DNA from: an uncultured bacterium
GTDB lineage: Bacteria; Actinomycetota; Thermoleophilia; Solirubrobacterales; 70-9
NCBI GenBank assembly: GCA_963717635.1
Contig: OY970347.1
Location: 99,677 to 163,676, forward strand
Direction of reading: 5' to 3'
Length of the DNA stretch: 64,000 bases
Made by a program: the position numbers and the translations under genes. The first letter of the stretch is position 1; every line of letters starts with the position of its first letter. Below, piece after piece: positions 55,065 through 63,840 of this stretch. Under the pieces are notes generated by a model. The model made no database searches. It was not told where the DNA came from and saw only the letters and a program-made list of their open reading frames with translations.

Positions 55065-55826
55065 GTGAGCGGAGCGCCGGAGATCTGGGTCGCGCGCCTC
55101 GGGCTGGTCCCCTACGCGGACGCCCGGGCCCAGCAGAAGCGCCTCGAAGCGGCGCGGCAGGCTGACGAGATCCCCGACTTGCTGCTCTTGCTCGAGCACC
55201 ACCCGGTCTTCACGAAGGGGCGCCGCACCGAGGCCGGCCACCTGCCGATGGGCGAGGACTGGTACCGGATGCAGGGGATCGAGGTCTGCGACACGGATCG
55301 CGGCGGTCAGGTGACCTACCACGGCCCGGGCCAGCTCGTCGCCTACCCGATCGTGAAGCTGCCGGACGACGACGTCCACGCATACGTGCGCGCCCTGGAG
55401 TACGTGATGATCTCGGCCCTCGACGCGTACGGAATCCCGGCCCAGGTCTTCGCTGGGCTCACAGGGGTCTGGACGGCGGGCGATCCCCCGCTCGCTCCCG
55501 GCGAGCCCGGGCCACAGCGCACCCCGGTCGGCTCGCCGACGCTGCCCGGCGGGGACGCGCGCAAGATCGGGTCGATCGGCATCCACGTGAACCGGGGCGT
55601 CACCACGCACGGTCTAGCGATCAACGTCAACAACGACCTGCAGCCGTTCGAATGGGTCGTCCCCTGCGCGATCGAGGGCGTGCGCATGACGTCGGTCTGC
55701 CGCGAGCTCGGCATCGAGCAGGATCTGGATGCATTCGCGACCACGGTGCGCGACCGCTTCGGCGAGGTCTACAACAGGCGTGCGGTGGAGGTCCCCGCCG
55801 AGGCGCTCGAACCCGCGCCCGCATGA
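55065..55826 (+). CDS. lipB: Octanoyltransferase
   Basis: 'LLLLEHHPVFTKG', 'RGGQVTYHGPGQLV', 'RKIGSIGIHV', 'PCAIEG'. Confidence 0.9.
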   Translation: MSGAPEIWVARLGLVPYADARAQQKRLEAARQADEIPDLLLLLEHHPVFTKGRRTEAGHLPMGEDWYRMQGIEVCDTDRGGQVTYHGPGQLVAYPIVKLPDDDVHAYVRALEYVMISALDAYGIPAQVFAGLTGVWTAGDPPLAPGEPGPQRTPVGSPTLPGGDARKIGSIGIHVNRGVTTHGLAINVNNDLQPFEWVVPCAIEGVRMTSVCRELGIEQDLDAFATTVRDRFGEVYNRRAVEVPAEALEPAPA

Positions 55827-56578
55827 CCAACGACGAGGCGCACACGCTGGCACGCGAGCACGGCGTGTCTCGCTGGCGCTACGCGCTGGTGCGGGGGATC
55901 TTCGTGCCGTTGATGCGCTTCTGGTGGGGGCTCCGGATCAAGGACTCAGACCGCATCCCGGCCGATGGCCCGGCGATCCTCACGCCCAATCACAAGAGCT
56001 TTTTCGACAGCTTCTTCCTCGCCGCCGCAACCAAGCGGCACCTGCGGTTCATGGGCAAGTCCGAGCTGTTCGAGGGCCGCCTGGGGAAGCTGTTCGTCCG
56101 CCTCGGCGCGTTCCCCGTGCGCCGCGGCGAGTCCGATGCCGAGGCGCTGGAGACGGCGCGGGTGATCCTCGAACAGGGTGGGCTGCTGTCGTTGTTTCCC
56201 GAGGGGACACGGGTCCGAGATCCCGCGGGCCTCGGCGTCCCGAAGCGGGGTGCGGTGCGGCTGGCGCTGGAGAGCGGGGCGCCGCTGGTGCCGGCGGCGA
56301 TCACCGGAACCGAGAAGCTGTTCTTCCACGGGGTCCCGCGCCCGACCACGGTCCGGCTCTCGTTCGGCGAGCCGATTCCGGTCGAGGACCTCCCGGCGAC
56401 TCCCGAGACCGCGGGTGAGGTCCTGGAAGACGAGCTCTGGCCCGAGATCGAGGGCCAGTTCTCGCGCCTGCGCGCGCATCCGGGCCTGGTCGCCGCCGGG
56501 CTCGCGGCGGTTGGCATCGGTGCCGGCGTTGCCGTCCGCCGCAGGCGTGCTGCCCGCAAGCCCAGGTGGCGACGGTGA
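55823..56578 (+). CDS. PlsC-family lysophospholipid acyltransferase
   Basis: ATGA overlap with lipB. 'NHKSFFD' (HX4D) and 'FPEGTR'. Confidence 0.8.
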   Translation: MTNDEAHTLAREHGVSRWRYALVRGIFVPLMRFWWGLRIKDSDRIPADGPAILTPNHKSFFDSFFLAAATKRHLRFMGKSELFEGRLGKLFVRLGAFPVRRGESDAEALETARVILEQGGLLSLFPEGTRVRDPAGLGVPKRGAVRLALESGAPLVPAAITGTEKLFFHGVPRPTTVRLSFGEPIPVEDLPATPETAGEVLEDELWPEIEGQFSRLRAHPGLVAAGLAAVGIGAGVAVRRRRAARKPRWRR

Positions 56579-57567
56579 GCCACCCCCACCCCGGTACCGT
56601 TGATGGTGTGAAGCCCACGGAGACGCCCGCAACCGAGCGCGTCCACGTGACGCGCTCGCGCGCGAAGCCCGGCGGCAAGCTGGTCGAGGGCGGCCGGCCC
56701 TTCCGGGAGCGCAAGCCGCCGTGGCTGAAGGTCCCGGCCCCTGGCGGCCCGACCTACCGCAAGCTCAAGCAGGCGATCGCCGACGACAACCTGCACACGG
56801 TCTGCGAAGAGGCTGCCTGCCCCAACGTCGGCGAGTGCTGGGAGCGCGGTACGGCGACGTTCATGATCCTCGGCGACGTCTGCACCCGCCGCTGCGGCTT
56901 TTGCAACGTGCAGACGGGGGTTCCGACCTGGAACGACCCGCTCGAGCCGCTGCGTGTCGCGAACCAGGTCAAGAAGATGGGTCTGCGGCATGCCGTGATC
57001 ACCTCAGTCGACCGCGACGACCTCCCCGACTACGGCGCCGGCGCGTTCGTCGGCGTGATCCGCTCGATCCGCCAGCTGGCGCCAGGCTGCAAGGTCGAGG
57101 TCCTGACCCCGGACTTCCGCGGCCAGGAGATGCCGCTTGCCAAGGTGATCCACGAGCGGCCTGACGTGTTCAACCACAACGTCGAGACCGTCCCGCGCCT
57201 CTACCCCAGGGCTCGTCGCGGCTCCGATTTCCTCCGCTCCGCCCGGGTGTTGCGCATCGCCAAGGAGATGGGTGGCGAGCGGGTGGTCACGAAATCGGGC
57301 CTGATGGTCGGGCTCGGCGAAAGCTTCGACGAGATGATCGAAACCTTCGGGCTGCTGCGCGACCATGAGGTCCAGATCCTCACCGTGGGCCAGTACCTGC
57401 GGCCGACCGAGAACCACCTCCCGGTCGAGCGCTACTGGCACCCGGACGAGTTCAAGGCGCTGGAGGAGGCCGCCTACGAGATCGGCTTTGACGCCGTTGC
57501 CTCGGGGCCGCTCGTCCGCAGCTCGTACCACGCGGACGAGGCGGCGGCCCAGGCCGCGGCGGCCTGA
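56566..57567 (+). CDS. lipA: Lipoyl synthase
   Basis: 'CEEAACPNVGEC', radical-SAM 'CTRRCGFCNV', 'SGLMVGLGE'. GTG 56575 (GTGA with plsC) is an alternative start. Confidence 0.95.
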   Translation: MATVSHPHPGTVDGVKPTETPATERVHVTRSRAKPGGKLVEGGRPFRERKPPWLKVPAPGGPTYRKLKQAIADDNLHTVCEEAACPNVGECWERGTATFMILGDVCTRRCGFCNVQTGVPTWNDPLEPLRVANQVKKMGLRHAVITSVDRDDLPDYGAGAFVGVIRSIRQLAPGCKVEVLTPDFRGQEMPLAKVIHERPDVFNHNVETVPRLYPRARRGSDFLRSARVLRIAKEMGGERVVTKSGLMVGLGESFDEMIETFGLLRDHEVQILTVGQYLRPTENHLPVERYWHPDEFKALEEAAYEIGFDAVASGPLVRSSYHADEAAAQAAAA

Positions 57568-57598
57568 CTGGGAAGCCTGCGCGTAGGGTTCTGCGGCC

Positions 57599-58453
57599 CT
57601 GCTCCCGCTCAAGGACAACATCCCGACCAGCCGCTTCCCGGTCGTCACCGCCGCGCTGATCCTGATCAACGTCGTCGTGTTCGTCTGGCAGCTCTCGCTG
57701 TCGGATGATCCGAACTCGAGCACGTCGCCGAAGGTCCCCGGTCTCTCCGAGTCCGACGAGCGGACCATCGAATTGGGCGCGATCCCGTACCGGCTCACCC
57801 ATCCGGGGCGCAATTGCGGCGTCGTGACGGTGACGACAGCCGCGGCCGACCAGCTCGACCCGGTCGTTTGCGAGGGGAGCGCCAAGCGCCGGGAGGCGGA
57901 GGAGACGCCTGGCGTCGAGGTCATCGATCTGGAGGAACCGCCCTTCTGGATCACCGCCCTGACCTCGATGTTCATGCACGGAGGCTGGCTCCACATCGTC
58001 GGCAACATGCTGTTCCTGTGGGTCTTCGGCAACAACGTCGAGGACCGGATGGGGCGGCTCCGATTCCCCCTGTTCTACGTGCTGTCGGGCCTGGTTGCGG
58101 TCTATGCCCAGTCGCTGGTCGACCCATCGTCTACGGTGCCGACGATCGGCGCCTCGGGGGCGGTGGCTGGGGTATTAGGCGGCTACATACTCCTGCACCC
58201 GAGGGCGCGAGTCGTCACGCTCGTCATCATCATCTTCTTCATCACCCTGATCGAGATCCCGGCGATGATCCTGCTCGGCATCTGGGCGGTGCTGCAATTC
58301 CTACCCGCGCTGGGCCAGATCGGAGCCCAGGACGTTGCCGGCGAAGAGGTGGCCTACCTCGCGCACGTCGGCGGCTTCCTGTTCGGGCTGGCGATGATCA
58401 AGGTCTTCATCGCCGGGCGACGCGACCCCGCTGATCCGGCGCGGCTCAGCTGA
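57599..58453 (+). CDS. Rhomboid-family intramembrane serine protease (apparent CTG start)
   Basis: 'WLHIVGNMLFLWVFG', 'GASGAVAGVLG', 'HVGGFLFG'. The conserved N-terminus 'LPLKDNIPTSRFPVVT' lies upstream of the first canonical start (GTG 57677). Confidence 0.8.
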   Translation: MLPLKDNIPTSRFPVVTAALILINVVVFVWQLSLSDDPNSSTSPKVPGLSESDERTIELGAIPYRLTHPGRNCGVVTVTTAAADQLDPVVCEGSAKRREAEETPGVEVIDLEEPPFWITALTSMFMHGGWLHIVGNMLFLWVFGNNVEDRMGRLRFPLFYVLSGLVAVYAQSLVDPSSTVPTIGASGAVAGVLGGYILLHPRARVVTLVIIIFFITLIEIPAMILLGIWAVLQFLPALGQIGAQDVAGEEVAYLAHVGGFLFGLAMIKVFIAGRRDPADPARLS

Positions 58454-58641
58454 TGGATCCGAACGTCCGCAGCGCGATCCTGATCGCCGGCCTCCTGTTC
58501 GTGATCCTGTTCGGCGGGATGACGCTCGTGGTACTCGCCGAGGAAGGGCTCTCGATTCTGGTCGTGTTCTCGATCCTGATCGTCGGCCTGCTTGGCGTCG
58601 CGATGTGGGGCGCGATCAACGGCCCCGACGACCGGCGCTAG
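58453..58641 (+). CDS. Small two-TM membrane protein (62 aa)
   Basis: TGATG overlap with the rhomboid stop. Two hydrophobic helices. Confidence 0.5.
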   Translation: MDPNVRSAILIAGLLFVILFGGMTLVVLAEEGLSILVVFSILIVGLLGVAMWGAINGPDDRR

Positions 58642-58693
58642 CCCCGGGTTGTGACGGCGAGCGGAGAGACCGCACGTTCATCCCCCTCGACAA

Positions 58694-59482
58694 CTAGCGC
58701 GGGAGACCGCGCAGCAGCCGGCGGTAGACGCCCTCGAGCGTCTCCTTGCCGTAGCGGCGCGAGGGGTTGTCCTCGGTCAGCACCCCGATGCCGAGGCGCC
58801 ACCGATCCCGGCGCAGCAGTGCCACCTGATGGTCGACCGATCCGGTTCCCGAGCCCCAGCCGCCCTTGAAGTGGAGCTTCCAGCCGTTTGGTTCGACCTT
58901 GCCGACACCCCATCGCTGCGACGGGACGATGTTCGCGAGCTGGCTCTTCGCGAACCTCCAATGGTGGTTCGGCACGTAGCGGCGGAGCCCGCGCATGAAG
59001 AGCGCCTGGTCGCGGGCGCTGGTGCGGCAGTTCCCCCAGATCGAGTCGTAGCGAAAGTGCTTCATCCGGGCTCGTTCGGCAAGCGCCAGGATCGGCCCCG
59101 GGCCCAGCAGGTCGCGGATTCGGGTGGCCGCCATGTTTTCGGAGCTTCGGATCATGGGCCTGAGCAGCGACTTCTCGTACTGCGTGAGATCGCGATGCCG
59201 GACGTCGCCCTGGCGCAGGTAGGCGACCAACAGCATCACCTTGATGACGCTCGCGGTGCGAGCGCGCCCGCCGCCACCGCTGTGACGCAGCCTGCCGAGC
59301 AGGTCGAAAACCGCGAAGCCGACGTGCCCGGCGCGGGCGTCTGCGTATTGCCGCGCCGCATCGATGTCCGGCTTCCAGGTACGCGCTTCCTGCGGCGTGA
59401 TCTCAGCGCCGGCGGAGGCGGAGCTCGCCGCCAGCACGACAGCGACCAGCGCGGCGGTTCGTACTGATCTCCTCGCGCCCAC
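58694..59482 (-). CDS. Secreted class-A beta-lactamase-fold serine hydrolase
   Basis: Signal peptide 'AALVAVVLAASSASAGA'. 'ASVIKV' (SxxK), 'SSEN' (SDN-like), 'KGGWG' (KTG-like). GTG 59482 lies 10 nt after the kinase stop. Confidence 0.65.
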   Translation of the reverse strand: MGARRSVRTAALVAVVLAASSASAGAEITPQEARTWKPDIDAARQYADARAGHVGFAVFDLLGRLRHSGGGGRARTASVIKVMLLVAYLRQGDVRHRDLTQYEKSLLRPMIRSSENMAATRIRDLLGPGPILALAERARMKHFRYDSIWGNCRTSARDQALFMRGLRRYVPNHHWRFAKSQLANIVPSQRWGVGKVEPNGWKLHFKGGWGSGTGSVDHQVALLRRDRWRLGIGVLTEDNPSRRYGKETLEGVYRRLLRGLPR

Positions 59483-59492
59483 CCCGGGCAAG

Positions 59493-60857
59493 TTAGCTCG
59501 CCGGGAGCTCGATCGAGACGTCCGCGCCGCCTTCCGGAAGGTTCCGAGCACCGGCGCTGCCGCCGTGCGCGGTCGCGATCGTTTCGACGATCGCCAGGCC
59601 CAGGCCGGCCCCGCCGCGGCCGCGAGCCGAGTCGGCCCGGCTGAAGCGCTCGAAAGCGTGCTTGATGAAATCCTCGGGGAATCCCGGTCCTGCGTCCGTG
59701 ACGTGCACGACGAGGCTGCGATCGCGCTCTTCGGCCCACAGGCGCACCTCGCCGCCGCCGTGGCGCAACGCGTTGTCGACCAGGCCGGTGAGAGCCTGCT
59801 CGAGGCGCAGCCGGTCAGCCGACAGGGTCAACTCGGCGCCTTCGCCCACGGACAGCGGCCGATCGGCGTGGGCCGCACGCGTTCGGAAGCGCTCGGCCAC
59901 GGTCGCGAACAGGTCGCCGACCGTCACCCGCTCACGGGCCAGCGCCAGCCCGTCCTCGCCGGAGCGAGCCACGACCAGCAGAGCTTCGGCCAGAGCGACG
60001 AGGCGGTCAACCTCGTCGACCGCCGAGGCGATCGATCGGCGCAGCTCCTGGGGATCGTCTCCATAGCGCAGCGCCAGCTCCAGCTCCGCACGGTGCAGCG
60101 CCAACGGCGTCCGCAGCTCGTGGCTGGCGTCGTCCACGAACCGCCGCTCGCGCTCGATCGCCGCCTCGAGGCGGCCGAGCATCTCGTTCAACGTGCTTCC
60201 GAGGCGGCCGAGCTCGTCGTCCACCGGCGGAACCGGAAGCCGCTCGCCCGAATCGCCGGAGGAGATCTCGGCCGCGCGGCGGCGCATCGCCTCGACCGGG
60301 CGCAGAGCTGTCCCCGCCGCCCAGTAACCCGTCAGCGACGCCAGCAGCAGTGCCACCGGCCCGCCGATCAGAAGCAGGGTCGTCAACCTTGAGAGCGTCT
60401 CGTCCCGATCGTCGAGCGAGGCGCCCACCACCACCGCCAGCCCGCTGCGCTCGTCGGGAGGGGCGACCAGCAGCCGGACGCCTCCATCAAGGCCGGGGAA
60501 GGAGGCACGCTCGATCTCGCGCGGATCGTTCCCCTCGGGCGGGATCTCGGCCGGCGTCAGCAGCGACCGATCGCCCGCGGCGGCCGTTGAGTACGCGAGG
60601 TCTCCGTCGGGGCGCAGCACCTGGACGAAGGTCTCGTCCTCGTCGCCGAGCGAGAACGATCCGCCGCCTCCGATCCGCGGTGCCGAGGCAACCAGGCCGG
60701 AGACCTCGATCAATCGCGAGCGCAGGTTGTCGTCGATCGTCTCGTTTAGGTCGGAGCGGAGCTGGAGGTAGAGGAACGCTCCGAGCGCGGCCAGCAGCGC
60801 CGCCATCGCGAGCGTGAACGTCAGTGTCACGCGGAGCCGGACCGGCAGCGAACTCAT
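59493..60857 (-). CDS. Sensor histidine kinase (2 TM + HAMP + HisKA + HATPase)
   Basis: ATGA overlap with the regulator. H-box 'ASHELRTPL', 'DAGPGFP', 'GLGLAIV'. Confidence 0.9.
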   Translation of the reverse strand: MSSLPVRLRVTLTFTLAMAALLAALGAFLYLQLRSDLNETIDDNLRSRLIEVSGLVASAPRIGGGGSFSLGDEDETFVQVLRPDGDLAYSTAAAGDRSLLTPAEIPPEGNDPREIERASFPGLDGGVRLLVAPPDERSGLAVVVGASLDDRDETLSRLTTLLLIGGPVALLLASLTGYWAAGTALRPVEAMRRRAAEISSGDSGERLPVPPVDDELGRLGSTLNEMLGRLEAAIERERRFVDDASHELRTPLALHRAELELALRYGDDPQELRRSIASAVDEVDRLVALAEALLVVARSGEDGLALARERVTVGDLFATVAERFRTRAAHADRPLSVGEGAELTLSADRLRLEQALTGLVDNALRHGGGEVRLWAEERDRSLVVHVTDAGPGFPEDFIKHAFERFSRADSARGRGGAGLGLAIVETIATAHGGSAGARNLPEGGADVSIELPAS

Positions 60858-61540
60858 TTGCCATTCCCCTCCCGCAGCCGATAGCCCGCGCCCCGCACGG
60901 TCTCGATCGAGGTCGTCCCGAACGGCTTGTCGATCTTCTTGCGCAGCAGGCGGACGTAGGCGTCGACCACGTTCGAGCGGTTCTCGTATTCGTAGTCCCA
61001 TGCGTGCTCGAGCAGCTCGAAGCGGGAGAGGACCCGGCCCGGGCGGCGCATGAAGGTCTCGAGCACGGCGAACTCCTTCGTCGAGAGACCGATCTCGGTG
61101 TCGCCACGCCAGACCTGGCGCGTCGCCGGGTCCAGTCGCAGCGCTCCGACTTCGAGCACGACGGGCCGCTCGGCGTCGCCACGGCGCACCAGCGCCCGCA
61201 GCCGGGCGAGAAACTCGGCGTAGGAGAACGGCTTCGTCAGGTAGTCGTCGGCGCCGGCGTCCAGCCCGGCGACCCGGTCCGCGACCGAGTCGCGCGCGGT
61301 CAGCATCAGGACCGGCGACCAGACGCCCGCGTCGCGCAGCCGCCGGCAGACTTCGAACCCGTCGATACCCGGGAGCATCACGTCGAGCACTATCGCGTCG
61401 TAGGTCGTCGCCTCGGCCCGGGGCAGGGCGTCTTCGCCTCGCGGGGCGAGGTCGACCGCCATCCCTTCGGCGACGAGGCCGCGCCTCAGAAGCGCGGCCA
61501 TCTTCGGCTCGTCCTCGACGATCAGAATGCGCATGGGCAC
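60854..61540 (-). CDS. OmpR-family response regulator
   Basis: 'ILIVEDEP', 'VLDVMLPGIDG', 'LTKPF', winged helix 'VRGAGYRL'. Confidence 0.95.
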   Translation of the reverse strand: MPMRILIVEDEPKMAALLRRGLVAEGMAVDLAPRGEDALPRAEATTYDAIVLDVMLPGIDGFEVCRRLRDAGVWSPVLMLTARDSVADRVAGLDAGADDYLTKPFSYAEFLARLRALVRRGDAERPVVLEVGALRLDPATRQVWRGDTEIGLSTKEFAVLETFMRRPGRVLSRFELLEHAWDYEYENRSNVVDAYVRLLRKKIDKPFGTTSIETVRGAGYRLREGNGK

Positions 61541-61665
61541 TGAGCTTGGGCCTGATTCATGAAGGAAGGATGAAAGGCCGGCGGACGTGGGTGCGAGCTT
61601 TCACGGGGCGTTCATCGACGGCCCCTAGAACTGGCCTTGACCGAGCACGCGAAAGGGGAGTTGAG

Positions 61666-62445
61666 ATGGGAATCACACAAATCGGCAGCGCGGCGCTGGC
61701 GGCCGGGCTCGTGATCGTGGCAGTCACGGCGTGCGGCGGTGAGGACAAGACCACGACCGTGACGACGCAGGCAGCCGGAGGCGCCGCAAGCACCGAGCTC
61801 CCTCAGGGGGGCGAGCCGGCCGGGCTCGAGCCCGCCGAATTCACGACCGAGATCGACAACCGCTATTGGCCGATGGCCGTCGGCAGCAGGTGGGTCTATC
61901 GGGAGACCGATCAGGAGGGCGCGGAACAGAAGGTGGTCGTGACCGTGCTCGACAAGACGAAGCGGATCGCGAACGGGGTCGAGGCGCGAGTCGTGCATGA
62001 CGTGGTGACCGAGGACGGGGAGTTCGTCGAGGTCACGGACGACTGGTACGCGCAGGACGCCGAGGGCAACATCTGGTACCTGGGCGAGGCAACGACCGAG
62101 TACGAGAACGGCAAGCCGGTCTCCAAGTCGGGCTCGTTCGAGGCGGGGGTCGACGGTGCCGAGGCCGGGATCATCATGCCCGCGGATCCGCTGCCGGGAC
62201 TCTCCTACCGGCAGGAGTACTACGAGGGCGAGGCCGAGGATGAGGGCTCGATCGTCGCGACTGGCGAGCAGGCGGAGGTCCCCGCCGGGCACTACAGGGA
62301 CGTGGTCATGACCAGGGACTCAAACCCGCTGGAGCCCAGAATCCTGGAATTCAAGTTCTTCGCGCCGGACGTGGGGCCGGTGCTCGCGGTTTCGGTTTCC
62401 GGCGGGTCCGACCGCGAGGAGCTGGTCAGCTTCAAGCACCCGTAG
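61666..62445 (+). CDS. Lipoprotein of unknown function
   Basis: SD GAAAGGGGAG. Lipobox 'VAVTAC'. Acidic mature part with no motif. Confidence 0.6.
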   Translation: MGITQIGSAALAAGLVIVAVTACGGEDKTTTVTTQAAGGAASTELPQGGEPAGLEPAEFTTEIDNRYWPMAVGSRWVYRETDQEGAEQKVVVTVLDKTKRIANGVEARVVHDVVTEDGEFVEVTDDWYAQDAEGNIWYLGEATTEYENGKPVSKSGSFEAGVDGAEAGIIMPADPLPGLSYRQEYYEGEAEDEGSIVATGEQAEVPAGHYRDVVMTRDSNPLEPRILEFKFFAPDVGPVLAVSVSGGSDREELVSFKHP

Positions 62446-62938
62446 CGCCCCTGCTGCCACAGCGCGGGAGGCCGGCCGCGTCGGCCGCGGCGTCAGCCTC
62501 GGTGAAGGCGGTCTCCTCGAGACCTGGGTCGCGGATCAGTGCGAGGTCGGCGGCCAGGGCCGTGGTGGCGGCGTCGAGCTCGGCGAGGTAGGCGGCGACC
62601 GCTTCGTCAAGGTCGGATGGCGGCTCAATCCGTACGAGCGTCTCGAGTTCGCCGCGCCGGGTCGGCACCACGACCTCCTCGTAGAAGCGCTGCAGCTCGG
62701 CGCGCGTGGGCGGCGGGTTGTCCGGTCCCGGCGCGCCGAACTCCTCGAGCTCGGCCTGCGCGAGCGCTCGGTCCGCGGCGGCACAGACCTGCTGGAAGCG
62801 GCGGCGGAAGATCCGCGTCGCGCGGTCCTCCTTCGGGAGCGAATCCGCGGAGAACGGCTGCGGCTCGGCTTCCTCGTCGGTCCCGCAGGCGGCGAACAGC
62901 AGGCAGGCGAGCGCGGCGGCGAGCGCGAGCTTCAGCAT
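62432..62938 (-). CDS. Lipoprotein of unknown function
   Basis: 'MLKLALAAALACLLFAAC' lipobox. Convergent 14-nt overlap with the preceding gene. Confidence 0.55.
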   Translation of the reverse strand: MLKLALAAALACLLFAACGTDEEAEPQPFSADSLPKEDRATRIFRRRFQQVCAAADRALAQAELEEFGAPGPDNPPPTRAELQRFYEEVVVPTRRGELETLVRIEPPSDLDEAVAAYLAELDAATTALAADLALIRDPGLEETAFTEADAAADAAGLPRCGSRGATGA

Positions 62939-62960
62939 CAGCGCGCGTAGGGTCGCAGGT

Positions 62961-63185
62961 GTGGCGCTGATTCCGCCCCCGACGGCTCGCGAGCGCGAGC
63001 ACCTCGCGCGCGCCAAGCGGCGGCTGGACACGCTGACGCTCTACCCGGATCCGGTGCGGATGGGGAGAGTGCGAATCGTGTCGGTGCCCTGGCTGTTCGC
63101 GATGTCGTACCTGCGCGGGTACCGCGAGAACCCGCACGAGGTTGAGGCGCGCGAGGCGGTCGCCGCGACTCGGGAGGTTCGTTGA
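62961..63185 (+). CDS. Possible small protein (74 aa)
   Basis: GTG start with high-GC3 codons ('VALIPPPTAREREHL...YPDPVRMGRVRIVSVPWLF'). It fills an otherwise empty 264-bp gap. No motif. Confidence 0.3.
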   Translation: MALIPPPTAREREHLARAKRRLDTLTLYPDPVRMGRVRIVSVPWLFAMSYLRGYRENPHEVEAREAVAATREVR

Positions 63186-63202
63186 GCGAGACGAGCGCTG
63201 GT

Positions 63203-63835
63203 TCAGCTCTGCCTGTACAGCTGGATGCTGGCGCCGGTGACCAGCGCGAGCCCTAACCCGAAGACGACCGCAAACGCAGGCGTCAGCATGACCGGGGTCA
63301 ACGCGGCAAGGGCGACGAGCAAGGCGAGCCATGCCGCCCAGCCCGGCACCAGGCGGCCCGTCTGGAGCGCAACAAAAGCCGTGGGTGCGGCGATCATCGC
63401 AAGGGCGACTCCCGCTGCCGGGGCGCCGAGCGCATAGGACACGTCGAAGTAGATCTGGGCACCTTCGGCCGTGAGCTGGCCGTCTTCGGCGCTCAGGGCG
63501 CCGGCCATGTTGATCGACTCGGCCCCCAGTCCGACCGCCCCCGTGAGCACGGCGCCTGCGAATGCCACAAGGGGCAGGCCGCTTCGCCTCGGGGCCTCGG
63601 CAGCGACCAGGCGCTCGTGCAATACCGCGCCGAACCAGACGAGGAACAGCACGGAGATGATGCTGATCGTGCCGCCGATCATGATCTCGGTTGAGGAGCT
63701 CTCGTAGAAGGAAGCCACCTCCTCCGACCCGGCGTCTCGCGGTGGCTGATCGAAAGCCCAGAACCCACTGCCGATGGCGAACAGGACCGCGAAGGTCAGG
63801 CCGGACAGAGGCGCGAAGCGAGAGGGCCGATCCAC
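63203..63835 (-). CDS. Integral membrane protein
   Basis: About 6 hydrophobic segments. GTG 63835 chosen because the upstream gene's stop is at 63841. Confidence 0.5.
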   Translation of the reverse strand: MDRPSRFAPLSGLTFAVLFAIGSGFWAFDQPPRDAGSEEVASFYESSSTEIMIGGTISIISVLFLVWFGAVLHERLVAAEAPRRSGLPLVAFAGAVLTGAVGLGAESINMAGALSAEDGQLTAEGAQIYFDVSYALGAPAAGVALAMIAAPTAFVALQTGRLVPGWAAWLALLVALAALTPVMLTPAFAVVFGLGLALVTGASIQLYRQS

Positions 63836-63840
63836 GGCGC

